64,000 bases of DNA, taken from assembly GCA_963667725.2 (NCBI GenBank), contig CAXXHO010000003.1:480001-544000 (forward strand). Direction: 5' to 3'. Source of the stretch: Treponemataceae bacterium. Lineage in GTDB: Bacteria > Spirochaetota > Spirochaetia > Treponematales > Rectinemataceae. Positions 39,833-50,391 of the stretch are shown here, in pieces. Each line of letters opens with the position of its first letter. The stretch's first letter is position 1. Under the pieces are notes generated by a model. It was not told where the DNA came from, made no database searches, and saw only the letters and a program-made list of their open reading frames with translations. The position numbers and the translations under genes are program-made.

Positions 39833-40687
39833 ATGACTAATGAACTTCTTGAATTACTTAGAATTGAAAGTAATGATCTAGATAAAGAATTTAGCAAAGC
39901 ATCAATAAAGGGTAAAGGAACACCACAAGAAATAGCCGACTTTAGAGAAGGTTACTTTAATAGCATTATAAGGAAGTACTTTCCATTTCCTTATAGAGTT
40001 ACTAAAGGCGGGATTATCGATACATTCGGAAATAAATCTGCATCAATTGATTGTGTTTTATGTAATCCTGCTCATCCATATACAATAGATAATTCAGGAA
40101 AATATTCTGTTTTACTTGCTGATGGTATTGATGCTGCTATAGAGATTAAGCCTGATATTAAGTCAAAGCACGAATTGATTAGAGGCTTAAGCCAAATAAA
40201 AAGTGTAAAAATATTACGTAGATCAAAATCACCAATTGTTGTTACAAGTAGGGTTACTGAAGAAATTATTGAGTACTCAAAGACTATCCCTTCATTTATT
40301 TATTCAATTGAAGCAAAGAAAAATATTGAAAATACATTAAATGAAGTTATTGAATATTATGTTCAAAATGATATTCCATTAGAAGAACAGGTTGACTATA
40401 TCGTAATTCATAATATTGGAATATTTGTTAATTATAAATATCAAGAGTTAAATAAAGGATACGTACCTGAAGGAATTCCAAGATATGGATACTTTTTTGA
40501 AACTTGGAACGAGCTTACTTTTGCTGCTTTCTTATTATATCTGAACCTTAGCTTTACAGCAGTTCCAGTTATAACGAGTAGTGTATTAGAACGTTATCTA
40601 TATTCTATCAAACCTATTAAAACTGGAAGGTTTAATTGTGAAGTATTTTGGGAAAAGGGGCATCTAACAAATGCTTCAACCCTATAA
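39833..40687 (+). CDS. DUF6602/NucC-like restriction-fold nuclease (cassette 2)
   Basis: ADFRE...KYFP...KGGIID...SASIDCVL...AIEIK motifs. Confidence 0.72.
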   Translation: MTNELLELLRIESNDLDKEFSKASIKGKGTPQEIADFREGYFNSIIRKYFPFPYRVTKGGIIDTFGNKSASIDCVLCNPAHPYTIDNSGKYSVLLADGIDAAIEIKPDIKSKHELIRGLSQIKSVKILRRSKSPIVVTSRVTEEIIEYSKTIPSFIYSIEAKKNIENTLNEVIEYYVQNDIPLEEQVDYIVIHNIGIFVNYKYQELNKGYVPEGIPRYGYFFETWNELTFAAFLLYLNLSFTAVPVITSSVLERYLYSIKPIKTGRFNCEVFWEKGHLTNASTL

Positions 40688-40786
40688 CGCCTTTTGTCAT
40701 GGTTTTTGCTAGAAGATGACACAAAAAACAAACCAATCCTTTGCTTCGCTCAGGAACAGGCGTTAAGGGTTAAGGCAATGTTATGC
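40662..40786 (+). other. attC site 2
   Basis: R'' ATCTAAC; R' GTTATGC; near-identical to site 1. Confidence 0.88.
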
Positions 40787-40860
40787 GGATGCTTCGCGCA
40801 AGTAAATATTGTAGTATAGCAAATATTCTTAAAAACCTGTCTTAATAAAAGGCAAAAGAA

Positions 40861-42261
40861 ATGCCAAAACATCTATCATTAAAAATTTCAAATATGATAA
40901 TAAAGCTTTATCAAATATGGCCTTTTAATAGAGTTCCCGCAGCAAAAATTGTAAATAAATATTTGCATTCTGGAAGATTGTTAAATTTTAAATATAAAAC
41001 ATTAGATGAAATTCTAAATCTTGAGGCAATATGCCAATATTTTATTATTCCAATAGAAAAAAGGTTTAAGCTAATTAAGATTATTGATAAATTATATAAA
41101 AAATATGGAATAAAGCAGTTTGGAAATGATACAGATAGGTTGAAAGAGCAATTTGATAATTTATCATTGTCATCCGGTGGTTGGTCCAATTTATGTTATT
41201 TAAAGATAGATATTAATGGAAAAAATGGAGTTAATAGTGCTTTTATTAGCGTGGCACGGGTAGAAGAATCATTGCTTCTTGTAACAATTAAATCAATTCC
41301 CTCGGAAAAATTTAAATATAAGTATTATCAAGCAATAAAAATGCAAAACAAAGAATTTCCTATCCTTTATTATAGTTCGATAAAAGGCTATATAAAAAGC
41401 CCTGGATTTACAGATTATCTATATAATGTTCAGATATCATATGAATGCGATAAGCTAATTGATTGTTATAAAAAAATGTTAAATAAAGTATTCAAGATGT
41501 TAACAAAAGAATCATTAATTATTGCTCCGTTATCTATATTTATTTGTTATATAGATGGTCCACTTGCAGAAGACTATTATAAACGGGAACACCTTAAGTC
41601 ATGGAATAGGCTTGGGTTAATCGATGGAGAATCTTCAATAATTGGAGACGATGATAAAAAGTTTTATTTGATAAATAAGAAAAGTATTAAAAGTGACACT
41701 TTCTATTGCTTTGTTGATAAAACTAAAATGTTGTTAGAAGAGTTTTATTCTGAATACTGTGAAAAAATATTTTCATTACATGATGATATGCAAATTATTT
41801 TCGTATGGAATATTATAAAAGATAGTATTACTAATCGAATATATTCTCAACTTAACGATATCAGAGCAGATCTATATGAAAATGAGAATGGTTGGGAGAT
41901 ATTGAAGAATAAATACTTAAGTCCTTACGGAAATGTTATAAAAAATAAATATATTTTCGAAAGAATATTTGAAAATAATGGTAAAATCAGTGAAAGAGAA
42001 GCAAAATGGTTTGGAATAAGTACAATAAATATTGTTGATATATTTTCAAATAAAATTAAATTTACGGAATATATAAATAAGCAAATATCATATAAAACAA
42101 ATAGAATTAGTAAAATTATAAAAGATATTACTTTTGCGCTTGAAGGATATAAAAGCATAAGAAACGATCGTAGCAATTTAAAAATCCAAATTTGGTTATT
42201 TGCATTAACAATAATAACTGTATTAATTGGATTAATTCAAATAGTAATTGCGGTCGAATAA
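40861..42261 (+). CDS. AT-rich hypothetical protein with a C-terminal TM helix (cassette 3)
   Basis: 466-aa ORF whose stop codon lies in the R'' GAATAAC. Confidence 0.75.
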   Translation: MPKHLSLKISNMIIKLYQIWPFNRVPAAKIVNKYLHSGRLLNFKYKTLDEILNLEAICQYFIIPIEKRFKLIKIIDKLYKKYGIKQFGNDTDRLKEQFDNLSLSSGGWSNLCYLKIDINGKNGVNSAFISVARVEESLLLVTIKSIPSEKFKYKYYQAIKMQNKEFPILYYSSIKGYIKSPGFTDYLYNVQISYECDKLIDCYKKMLNKVFKMLTKESLIIAPLSIFICYIDGPLAEDYYKREHLKSWNRLGLIDGESSIIGDDDKKFYLINKKSIKSDTFYCFVDKTKMLLEEFYSEYCEKIFSLHDDMQIIFVWNIIKDSITNRIYSQLNDIRADLYENENGWEILKNKYLSPYGNVIKNKYIFERIFENNGKISEREAKWFGISTINIVDIFSNKIKFTEYINKQISYKTNRISKIIKDITFALEGYKSIRNDRSNLKIQIWLFALTIITVLIGLIQIVIAVE

Positions 42262-42340
42262 CAAATGCTTCAACCTTATAAATGCTTTGGCATGGCGTGT
42301 GTAAAACACCAATGCACAAACCACGCTAAGCCTTCGCTCA

Positions 42341-44265
42341 GCTGACGTTGTACAGCGTGTGGTATAATACAGTAAGCAATAAAGCAGCTTAATATATTAT
42401 ACTGACAACAAATAACTAAAAACGGACTGTACAAAAAGCATGATGCAAATGCGGTATAAGATATTTATAAATATTCGAAATAAAACTTTACAGATAAAAC
42501 ACTATGTTGTATAATTAGCGGTATAATGAACGTACGGAAATGTACCCTAAAGAATGCTCAAGGCGGTACCTATACGTACCTTCAACTTGTGCACAACTAC
42601 CGCGTCAAGGAAACAGGAAAGACCAAAACCAATGTCCTTATGAAGCTCGGACGGGAAGATCAGATCGAGCCTTCCTACATCCAGGCGATCATCAAGGCAC
42701 TGTCTGCGGTCTTAGGCGAATATCCTTCTGAAGTCCCCGCCGGATTTGACTTCCATTCAAGTCGGGAGCTTGGGGGCACCTGGCTTCTAGATGCCCTATG
42801 GAATCGTCTTGGCATGGCAAAGGCTATCAAAGGGCTTCTTAAGGAACGACAGTTCGCCACACCCGTCGAACGGCTCTGCTTTGCCATGGTTTCAGGAAGA
42901 ATACTCGCTCCGGGTTCGAAGCTTTCTCTTGAACACTGGGTTTCAAAGAAAGCATATATCAGGGATCTTGTGAACGTCGATGTTCACAATCTTTACCGGG
43001 CGATGGATCTTCTTGTGGAGTCGAGCGAAGAACTCCAGAAGCACATATTTACCGAAGTATCAAAGAATGCCCACCTTGATGTGGATCTTATCTTTCTTGA
43101 TACGACGAACACCTATTTCGAGACCGACGAAGATGCTTCCGGTTCAGGGCTTTTAAAACGTGGCCACAGTAAAGATGGACACCCCGAGCTACCGTTGGTT
43201 TCGATTGCCTTTGCGGTGACGCGTAGCGGCATTCCTATTCGCTGCTGGGTATTCCCGGGCAACACGAGCGACCAGACGATCGTCGAGCAGGTGAAAGGTG
43301 ATCTAGGACAGTGGAATCTTGGTCATGTCGTCATGGTCCAAGATGCAGGATTCAATAGTGCCGACAACAGAAGAATCCTTTTACGGGAATGCGGTGACTA
43401 TATCATCGGCGAAAAGCTCCGCGTTGGTACCGATGGCGCCGCGGTAGAAGCCCTACACCGGAAAGGGCGATTCAGGATCCTGGAAAGTGGCCTCGCGATT
43501 AAAGATGTCGTCCTCGATGCAGGGAAAGCCACGGAGCGCCGATTCATCATCGTCAAGAATCCGGAAGCCGAAACGCGCGACCATGTCATACGCGAACAAA
43601 TCGTCGATGCTACGAAGCGCAAGCTTGATGAACTGTCGCAGTATACGGGGAAAGCACACACGAAAGCGGCGTGTGCGCTACGCTCTCATTCCGCCTATGG
43701 CAGATACATTAGGCAGGATACGAAGGGTGTCTTGCACCTCGACACCGCCAAGATAGCCTCAGAGGAACTCCTTGATGGCAAGTTTCTAGTGTCGACGTCC
43801 AGCATGAAGCTGGATGCTGCCGATATTGTTGCCGGCTATAAGCAGCTCTGGGCCATAGAGCGGGTATTCAAGGATATGAAAAACACCTTGGATATTCGTC
43901 CCATATACCACCGACTTGATGATCGTATTCGAAGCCATATTCTTATTTGCTGGCTTGCCATGGTGCTGGTACGGTATGCAGAGAATATGGCGGACCGGTC
44001 GTGGTACCAGATTGAAAAAGTTCTGTCCGATGTTACTGCAGGGCTTATTGAGAGCGACAATGTAAGCCTCTGGTATTGCTCTGATATTTCCGACGAGGCG
44101 AAGGACATTTTCAAGCGCTTAACTATTGAATTACCAAAGAAAGTTCTTGCTACAGTAGCAAGAGATCCTGTTGCGGTATAAAAGATTTTCGACTGCAATC
44201 GTATAACTCTATTATTTATAGAGTATTAGCAAGATTTTCTATACCGCGCACTGTACAACGCCAGC
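42341..44265 (+). mobile_element. IS1634-family insertion sequence
   Basis: Terminal inverted repeats match at 21 of 25 nt (GCTGACGTTGTACAG.../...CTGTACAACGCCAGC); TCA on both flanks. Confidence 0.88.
42526..44181 (+). CDS. IS1634-family DDE transposase
   Basis: YLQLVHNYR, FLDTTNTYFE, GHSKD, FPGNTSD, QDAG and YKQLWAIERVFKDMK motifs. Confidence 0.93.
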   Translation: MNVRKCTLKNAQGGTYTYLQLVHNYRVKETGKTKTNVLMKLGREDQIEPSYIQAIIKALSAVLGEYPSEVPAGFDFHSSRELGGTWLLDALWNRLGMAKAIKGLLKERQFATPVERLCFAMVSGRILAPGSKLSLEHWVSKKAYIRDLVNVDVHNLYRAMDLLVESSEELQKHIFTEVSKNAHLDVDLIFLDTTNTYFETDEDASGSGLLKRGHSKDGHPELPLVSIAFAVTRSGIPIRCWVFPGNTSDQTIVEQVKGDLGQWNLGHVVMVQDAGFNSADNRRILLRECGDYIIGEKLRVGTDGAAVEALHRKGRFRILESGLAIKDVVLDAGKATERRFIIVKNPEAETRDHVIREQIVDATKRKLDELSQYTGKAHTKAACALRSHSAYGRYIRQDTKGVLHLDTAKIASEELLDGKFLVSTSSMKLDAADIVAGYKQLWAIERVFKDMKNTLDIRPIYHRLDDRIRSHILICWLAMVLVRYAENMADRSWYQIEKVLSDVTAGLIESDNVSLWYCSDISDEAKDIFKRLTIELPKKVLATVARDPVAV

Positions 44266-44355
44266 TCAAGCCCGGATTTAAAAGCTAAACCAATGTTAGG
44301 TAGACCCTTCGAGTAGGACTATTAATTTAATTTTTTACACTAAAAGGATAGATTA

Positions 44356-45555
44356 ATGTCAGGACGATCAGCAACTGAAACAATTCGTGGTTTTTATTAC
44401 CAATTTGATTATTCAATTCTGAAAATACTCCGTTCTGACAATGATACAGTCAGCTTTGATATCGAAAAGATTGAAGACCTTGATATCAACACAGTTGATG
44501 AAACAACGGCGGTGCAATGCAAGTACTATTCTGGGACTGGATATAATCATTCAGTGATTGCTGAACCAATTCGAAAAATGATTAAGCATTATTCTCAGCA
44601 TCTAGACCAATCGATAAGATATAAACTTTATGGTCATTTTGCTTCAGGTCAGGATAAGCTCACATTGCCAATTGATATCAATTTTCTTAAAAGTTATTTT
44701 TTGACTTACAATCACAAAAATGTTAAGCATGAGTTTCAGATTGACGAATCTATCGATGATGAAATATTAGCAAGCTTTTTAGATGTATTGGATATTGATA
44801 TAAACGCTGCTACATATGAATCACAATTTTCAGAAATACAAAAGTTATTATGCAATTTGCTTTCTTGTACAGAATTTGAAGCCGATTCTTTATACTACAA
44901 TAGCGCGCTTCGTATAATTAAGGAATTATCTGTTCAAAGGGATGATTCAAAGAGAAGAATAACTAAAGCAAAAATGGTAGAGAGCATTTCCTGTAAGGAT
45001 ACCCTATTTGGGATCTGGTACATGAACTTGAAGGGGAATGAAAAATATTGTAGAATAATTAGGAAGAAATATTTTACTCAGCTTAATACATCTCCGTTTG
45101 AGAGATTTTTTATTATTGAAACTTCTCCGAGCACATCGATTCAGAATTTGAAAAGCATTACATATATGCTAGCTAATAAATGGTCAAAAATATCACGAAG
45201 AACAGTAGACACTTATTGCGCCTTTGTTTTATTTCCCCAATTAGGTGCATCAAATCTTAAGGAACTAAAAGTACAGCTCTATAAAGAAGGACTTCCAATC
45301 ATTGATGGATATCCTTTCCATGGATCTAATTTATGTACAGATTTTCTTTCGATCGAACCTAGATATGATAATAGAATTAAACTAAAATTCATAAATTCAT
45401 TAGGTGACTTTGCAGAATATCTTGATTATTCTACTCATCGTAAGGAAGTGTATCAATTTTTTACCTCGCAATCAGTTGATTTAGGTACGACAAACTTCGA
45501 TTTGCATATTTCAATTTGCTTGAAGAACGTCATGGACATATTGGAGGTATTATAA
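44356..45555 (+). CDS. DUF4297 nuclease of a DUF4297-HerA anti-phage system
   Basis: RSATETIRGFYYQF, IEDLDI and VQCKYY (PD-(D/E)xK variant); TAATG-coupled to HerA. Confidence 0.85.
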   Translation: MSGRSATETIRGFYYQFDYSILKILRSDNDTVSFDIEKIEDLDINTVDETTAVQCKYYSGTGYNHSVIAEPIRKMIKHYSQHLDQSIRYKLYGHFASGQDKLTLPIDINFLKSYFLTYNHKNVKHEFQIDESIDDEILASFLDVLDIDINAATYESQFSEIQKLLCNLLSCTEFEADSLYYNSALRIIKELSVQRDDSKRRITKAKMVESISCKDTLFGIWYMNLKGNEKYCRIIRKKYFTQLNTSPFERFFIIETSPSTSIQNLKSITYMLANKWSKISRRTVDTYCAFVLFPQLGASNLKELKVQLYKEGLPIIDGYPFHGSNLCTDFLSIEPRYDNRIKLKFINSLGDFAEYLDYSTHRKEVYQFFTSQSVDLGTTNFDLHISICLKNVMDILEVL

Positions 45556-47330
45556 TGCCCGAAATAAATGCTGAAGTAGTTGGTGTTTTCCCAAGCAAAG
45601 TACGTATTTCTGTTGATAATATTAGTGATTTTAAGGTTGTTGAAGAAGAGCTTAAAATCGGATCGTACTTAAGGATCATTGGAGACAATGAAAATGTCAT
45701 TCTAATCGCAATGATCAATAGCTTCTCTATAGAGGCTACAATTGAAGGTGGCCGTAAGCATTTTATAGAAGCTTCTCCTTTAGGGATAATTACAGATGGC
45801 ATTTTTATTCGAGGAGGAGATTCTATCGCCATTCCTCCAAAGAAAGTTGAACCCGCAAAGAAAACAGAAATACAAGAGATATTTGGAAATTCCGTACCTG
45901 ACGCTAAAAAGTACATTTTTTCCACGCTAAATGCAAATCGATCAATTTCTGTTCCAGTTGATGGTGATAAATTCTTCAATAAACATATTGCCATCGTCGG
46001 ATCAACTGGTTCCGGGAAATCGCATACTGTAGCAAAACTCATTCAGAAAGCTCGCGATGCAAAAAATTCTGGATATTCTGGATTGAATAATTCTCATATT
46101 GTGATCTTTGATATTCATTCAGAATACAAATCAGCATTCCCTGAGGCTAATGTATTATCAATAGATAACTTGATTATTCCTTATTGGCTATTGAACAGTG
46201 ACGAGCTTGAGCAAATATTGCTTGATACTGGCGAGAGAGATAACTATAACCAAGCTTCAGTATTTCGAAGCTTGGTGACCGAAAATAAAAGACTAAAAAA
46301 TCCAACAGTAGATAAGGTTTTCTATGATAGTCCCCTTTTCTTCGATATTCAAGAAGTTCTCAATGCACTAACAAACATAAAAAATGAAACTGTAAATGCA
46401 AAAAATACAGACAGATATATGATTGTTGATCCTTCATATAAACTTGAAGCTGAAGGCAAAACAAATGTAGATTCAGGTATATTGTTAACTAACGATGAGA
46501 AAATGAGCAAATACTTTGAGAAGGTACTTTCATTCCACCCTAGAAAATCGCAGAGCATAACTTCAGGTGACTATTCTGATGGAACCTTGGATAAATTTGT
46601 TTCTAGGTTCCAAGCAAAAGTTTCCCAGGATAGACTCGAGTTTCTTTTTGGAGAGCATGCTAAATCAATATCCTTTTTAGATACTGTTAAGCAATTCATT
46701 GGATATGAAGAGAAAAAAGAAAAAAACGCTATAATTATAGACCTTAGTGGCGTGCCTTTTGAAGTCTTAAGTATTACCGTATCCTTAATTTCTCGTGTGA
46801 TATTTGAATATGGTTACCACTACAAGCGTTTTAGAACCAGAAAAGATCCATCTGAAAAAATCAATAATGACACACCAATTCTAGTAGTCTATGAGGAAGC
46901 TCATAAATATGCGCCAAGAAGTGATCTTGCGAAATACCGACCATCTTTGCTTGCTATTGAGCGGATAGCAAAAGAAGGTAGAAAATATGGCATTTCTCTA
47001 TTATTGGCTAGTCAACGGCCCTCAGAAATATCAGAAACAATCTTCTCGCAATGCAATAACTTTATAGCGATGCGTCTTACAAATCCTGATGACCAAAGTT
47101 TTGTAAAGAAACTCCTACCTGATACAATGGAAAGCCTGATTGATCAATTACCTGTATTAAGAGCTGGCGAGGCATTGCTAATAGGAGAAGCGGTTGTTAT
47201 ACCATCAATTGTAAAGATAGAAACATGTGATATCCCTCCTTCCTCAAATGACATCCCATATTGGCAATTATGGAAAGGTAGTTGGAAAGAATCTATACTC
47301 GAAACCATCGAGAAGGAATGGATGAAATAA
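45555..47330 (+). CDS. herA: HerA/FtsK-family ATPase
   Basis: KHIAIVGSTGSGKS, FDIHSEY, EEAHKY, IAKEGRKYG and SQRPSE motifs. Confidence 0.92.
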   Translation: MPEINAEVVGVFPSKVRISVDNISDFKVVEEELKIGSYLRIIGDNENVILIAMINSFSIEATIEGGRKHFIEASPLGIITDGIFIRGGDSIAIPPKKVEPAKKTEIQEIFGNSVPDAKKYIFSTLNANRSISVPVDGDKFFNKHIAIVGSTGSGKSHTVAKLIQKARDAKNSGYSGLNNSHIVIFDIHSEYKSAFPEANVLSIDNLIIPYWLLNSDELEQILLDTGERDNYNQASVFRSLVTENKRLKNPTVDKVFYDSPLFFDIQEVLNALTNIKNETVNAKNTDRYMIVDPSYKLEAEGKTNVDSGILLTNDEKMSKYFEKVLSFHPRKSQSITSGDYSDGTLDKFVSRFQAKVSQDRLEFLFGEHAKSISFLDTVKQFIGYEEKKEKNAIIIDLSGVPFEVLSITVSLISRVIFEYGYHYKRFRTRKDPSEKINNDTPILVVYEEAHKYAPRSDLAKYRPSLLAIERIAKEGRKYGISLLLASQRPSEISETIFSQCNNFIAMRLTNPDDQSFVKKLLPDTMESLIDQLPVLRAGEALLIGEAVVIPSIVKIETCDIPPSSNDIPYWQLWKGSWKESILETIEKEWMK

Positions 47331-47335
47331 AAGAC

Positions 47336-47457
47336 GCCTAACAACTACTTCAACTGGATAATTCCTTTGGCACGGTTTGTGAAATCGCTTCGCTCTTTAT
47401 GCACAAACCGCGCCACGCCCTTCGAGCACGGACTTAAGGGTTAAGCGAATGTTGTGT
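47336..47457 (+). other. attC site 4
   Basis: R'' GCCTAAC; R' GTTGTGT; inner ggtttgtg/cacaaacc stem. Confidence 0.88.
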
Positions 47458-47498
47458 AAACGCCTTCGGCGCTAAAGGAAATAAAAAAGGAGTAACGA

Positions 47499-47696
47499 AT
47501 GGATCAAATAATTAAATATTTTTCAGCAAATTATGAGTGGTTATTTTCCGGAATACTGTCAGGATTGATATTTTTTTTACTCGGTAACAAGCACGGATAT
47601 GATAAGGCAATAAAGCAGAAGCAAAAGGTTGGAAAAAACGGTAAAGGCATCCAGGTCAGTGGTAATTATACAGTAACAGGAAAAAGCAATGAATGA
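47499..47696 (+). CDS. Small membrane protein
   Basis: EWLFSGI TM segment, then KQKQKVG..GIQV; AAGGAG RBS. Confidence 0.7.
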   Translation: MDQIIKYFSANYEWLFSGILSGLIFFLLGNKHGYDKAIKQKQKVGKNGKGIQVSGNYTVTGKSNE

Positions 47697-48528
47697 AAAA
47701 CAAAATCAAAAAGTAGGTGATAATTCAACTGCCATTCAAGTTAATGGCGATTACCATGCTGGACTTCCTTATGATCAAGTAAAATCAATTTTTATGGATT
47801 TATTTGAGCTAAACTTCCCAAGAATACAGACATTGGCAAAAGCAGAAGCCGATAAACGAGTTCAAGAATTACTTAATAATTTAAGACAGTCAATGGAAGC
47901 TAAACAAAGCAACATTGATGTATTAAAATTTACTGATCCAGGAATTCAAATTGAGATGCAGCAAATGATTACAAGTGTTGCCTGCAGAGGAAACAAAAGT
48001 AATATTGATTTGCTTTCAGAATTATTTACAACTATAATCGAAAAAGATTGCCCAGAAATAATTGAGCAAATCGCTGGTGAAACTCTTAAAATAATACCAT
48101 TATTAGGGAAAAAGCAACTTGATGCTTTATCCGTTATGATTTTAACATTTGAAGCAAGTGTGGAAATTATAACAATCGAACAAGCAGAAAATGTTTTCAG
48201 AGATACTATGCCATTTATACGTCATGCAGAATATATAACATCCGGTGACCTTTCCTATTTGGTGTGTGTTAATTGTATATCTCGAAAGTCAATTACTCAT
48301 GTTAATGTTGTGCCAAATATCATTAGATGTATTCCAGGAATGGACAAAACTGGCATTGAAGAAGTAATTAATCAATCGAAACAAAAGCGGTTGTTAAATA
48401 TTCTATCATTCACAGAGTACATGGGAAAATGTCAAATAGGGCGATTTGATTTATCTCCAGTTGGAAAACTGATTGGATGGCTTAATATACAAAGCATTTC
48501 TAAAATCGATATTAAAACGTTATTTTGA
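47689..48528 (+). CDS. LPO_1073/Vpar_1526-like protein
   Basis: QNQKVGDNSTAIQ...YDQVKSIFMDLFELNFPRI...DPGIQ. Confidence 0.7.
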   Translation: MNEKQNQKVGDNSTAIQVNGDYHAGLPYDQVKSIFMDLFELNFPRIQTLAKAEADKRVQELLNNLRQSMEAKQSNIDVLKFTDPGIQIEMQQMITSVACRGNKSNIDLLSELFTTIIEKDCPEIIEQIAGETLKIIPLLGKKQLDALSVMILTFEASVEIITIEQAENVFRDTMPFIRHAEYITSGDLSYLVCVNCISRKSITHVNVVPNIIRCIPGMDKTGIEEVINQSKQKRLLNILSFTEYMGKCQIGRFDLSPVGKLIGWLNIQSISKIDIKTLF

Positions 48529-48531
48529 ATC

Positions 48532-48637
48532 GCACAACAACTGTTTTAAGCTGAAAATTCCTATTGGCATGGTTTGTGCTGTCGCTTTGTTCGGAACAAA
48601 CCACGCCAAGCCCTTCGGGCCGGAATTGAAGGTTAAT
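48532..48637 (+). other. attC site 5 (R' lost)
   Basis: R'' GCACAAC; body similar to site 4; no GTT after ggttaa. Confidence 0.72.
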
Positions 48638-48693
48638 CTTGGGATGGTACCTCCCAAGAAAAAATTCGATTGTTTATGCAATGAGAGTTACTG

Positions 48694-49323
48694 ATGAACT
48701 GCTTAAAGGAAAAAATGCTGAATAGAACTAACTCGAAAATTGAGATTGGATTCGTGAATGAACACACTGTAGAGTATGTTCTTGTTCAAAAACTTGTAGA
48801 AATTATAGGGAATATACCTCATGCTTTTCTTTTTCCTTACCAAACAAGAGAGGGAAACACAGTTTCCAGAGAAATACATAGAAATGATAATTTTAGTATG
48901 ATTGGAATATTTTCTAGAAGACCGAAAATTAGACTTGACCATAAAGAAGATATATATATAAAAATCAACCAAGAAATTATCGATTATTCAAATAAAGCAT
49001 ATACCTTTGGTATCCCTTTTATTGCAGGATGCCCAATAGCATCAAATTTTTGGGATCTTGGTAATAACATCGCCTGGTTTGATTTACAAAAAATGAAAAG
49101 AGAGTGCCTTATAAAAGTAAGCAGTCAAAGCTTAAGAAGTAATTCAAGTGAAGAATTGCTTACAACAAACAAATTACGAGATGTATTATTAAATAATAAG
49201 ACCATATTTAATATTACAAATGCAATGGATGCAATTAAATATTCTGTCAGCAAAATGAATCAGTATCGGTATTCACTATTCGGTCCGATTTATAAACCTT
49301 TTTATCTATTAATAAGAAAATAG
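48694..49323 (+). CDS. Hypothetical protein (cassette 6)
   Basis: 209-aa AT-rich ORF between attC-like sites. Confidence 0.7.
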   Translation: MNCLKEKMLNRTNSKIEIGFVNEHTVEYVLVQKLVEIIGNIPHAFLFPYQTREGNTVSREIHRNDNFSMIGIFSRRPKIRLDHKEDIYIKINQEIIDYSNKAYTFGIPFIAGCPIASNFWDLGNNIAWFDLQKMKRECLIKVSSQSLRSNSSEELLTTNKLRDVLLNNKTIFNITNAMDAIKYSVSKMNQYRYSLFGPIYKPFYLLIRK

Positions 49324-49353
49324 TGACTATCATAATTTTATGGTAAACTCGTT

Positions 49354-49473
49354 GCCTAGCAACCGCTTTATCCTAATTCGCAATGAAAAGGTTTTCGTAG
49401 GTTTTGATAAACTATAAGTTTTCCGTATGCGTAACAAAGCGTGACGGCTTAAAAGTCAAGCTAATTATCATGA
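49354..49473 (+). other. attC site 6 (degenerate)
   Basis: Shares aaccgcttt..attcg..gtatgc..gtgacgg with site 7. Confidence 0.6.
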
Positions 49474-49574
49474 TATAATAAATAAGAAATTAAGACATAT
49501 GGTCTAGATAATAGAATATAATAACTCTGCATTATTTGTTTTTACAGTATTATCGTTGTGCTTACGGGGAAAAA

Positions 49575-50387
49575 ATGTATTACAATAAATTGACTATTAT
49601 TCGAAAAATATTTGATGGTGGACAAAAAAATGTTTTTCTTGCGAATGATTCTAGTGACACAACTATAGTATATAAGCTTTGTAAACCGAAAAATGATTAT
49701 CAACTTGAGCGATTTAAAAGGGAGCTGATGTTTTTACACTCCCAACATAAATCTTGTTTTCCGTTTGTTATTGATTATCATATTGATGAAAGAACAAAAG
49801 AAATCGAAATAATTGAAGAGTTTATTGATGATGGATCATTAACCGATCGCTTGAATAATATCTGGACAGAGAATGATTGTGTTATTTTCCTTAAGAAAAT
49901 ACTAGAGCCCTGTATTGAATTATGGAGCAAGAATATAGTACATCGAGATATAAAACCTGATAATATAATGTTTAGAAAGAATGGCGAACTTGTGCTTATC
50001 GATTTAGGAATAGCTCGTTTCATTGACTACTCTTCAATAACTAATACCTTAAATATTATGGGTCCTTGTACTCCAATTTATGCAGCACCTGAGCAAATTA
50101 TTAATCAAAAAAGGTTTATCGATTTTCGCACAGATTTGTTTTCTATAGGCATAGTAGTTCTTCAGCTGTTTTTAGGTTTTCATCCATTTGATCCATGCAA
50201 AATAACTAACAGCAAAGCTGATATTATTCAAAACATTTTAGCGGGGGTTTATGCATCAGCGAAAAGCAAAAATTCTTGTAGCGAATACTTTAGTATTTTA
50301 ACTAATAAGCTGCTGAAAACAAGGCAATACCAAAGATTCAGTTCTGTCGATGAATTAAATAAGTTCATTTCTACAAACTGGGGGTAA
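49575..50387 (+). CDS. Ser/Thr protein kinase
   Basis: GGQKNVF, HRDIKPDN, DLGIAR, YAAPEQ and DLFSIG motifs. Confidence 0.92.
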   Translation: MYYNKLTIIRKIFDGGQKNVFLANDSSDTTIVYKLCKPKNDYQLERFKRELMFLHSQHKSCFPFVIDYHIDERTKEIEIIEEFIDDGSLTDRLNNIWTENDCVIFLKKILEPCIELWSKNIVHRDIKPDNIMFRKNGELVLIDLGIARFIDYSSITNTLNIMGPCTPIYAAPEQIINQKRFIDFRTDLFSIGIVVLQLFLGFHPFDPCKITNSKADIIQNILAGVYASAKSKNSCSEYFSILTNKLLKTRQYQRFSSVDELNKFISTNWG

Positions 50388-50391
50388 GAAC

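Larger units (their letters stand above)
42256..44301 (+). other. attC site 3, split by an IS
   Basis: Left half 42256-42340; right half 44266-44301 ending in GTTAGGT. Confidence 0.8.
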
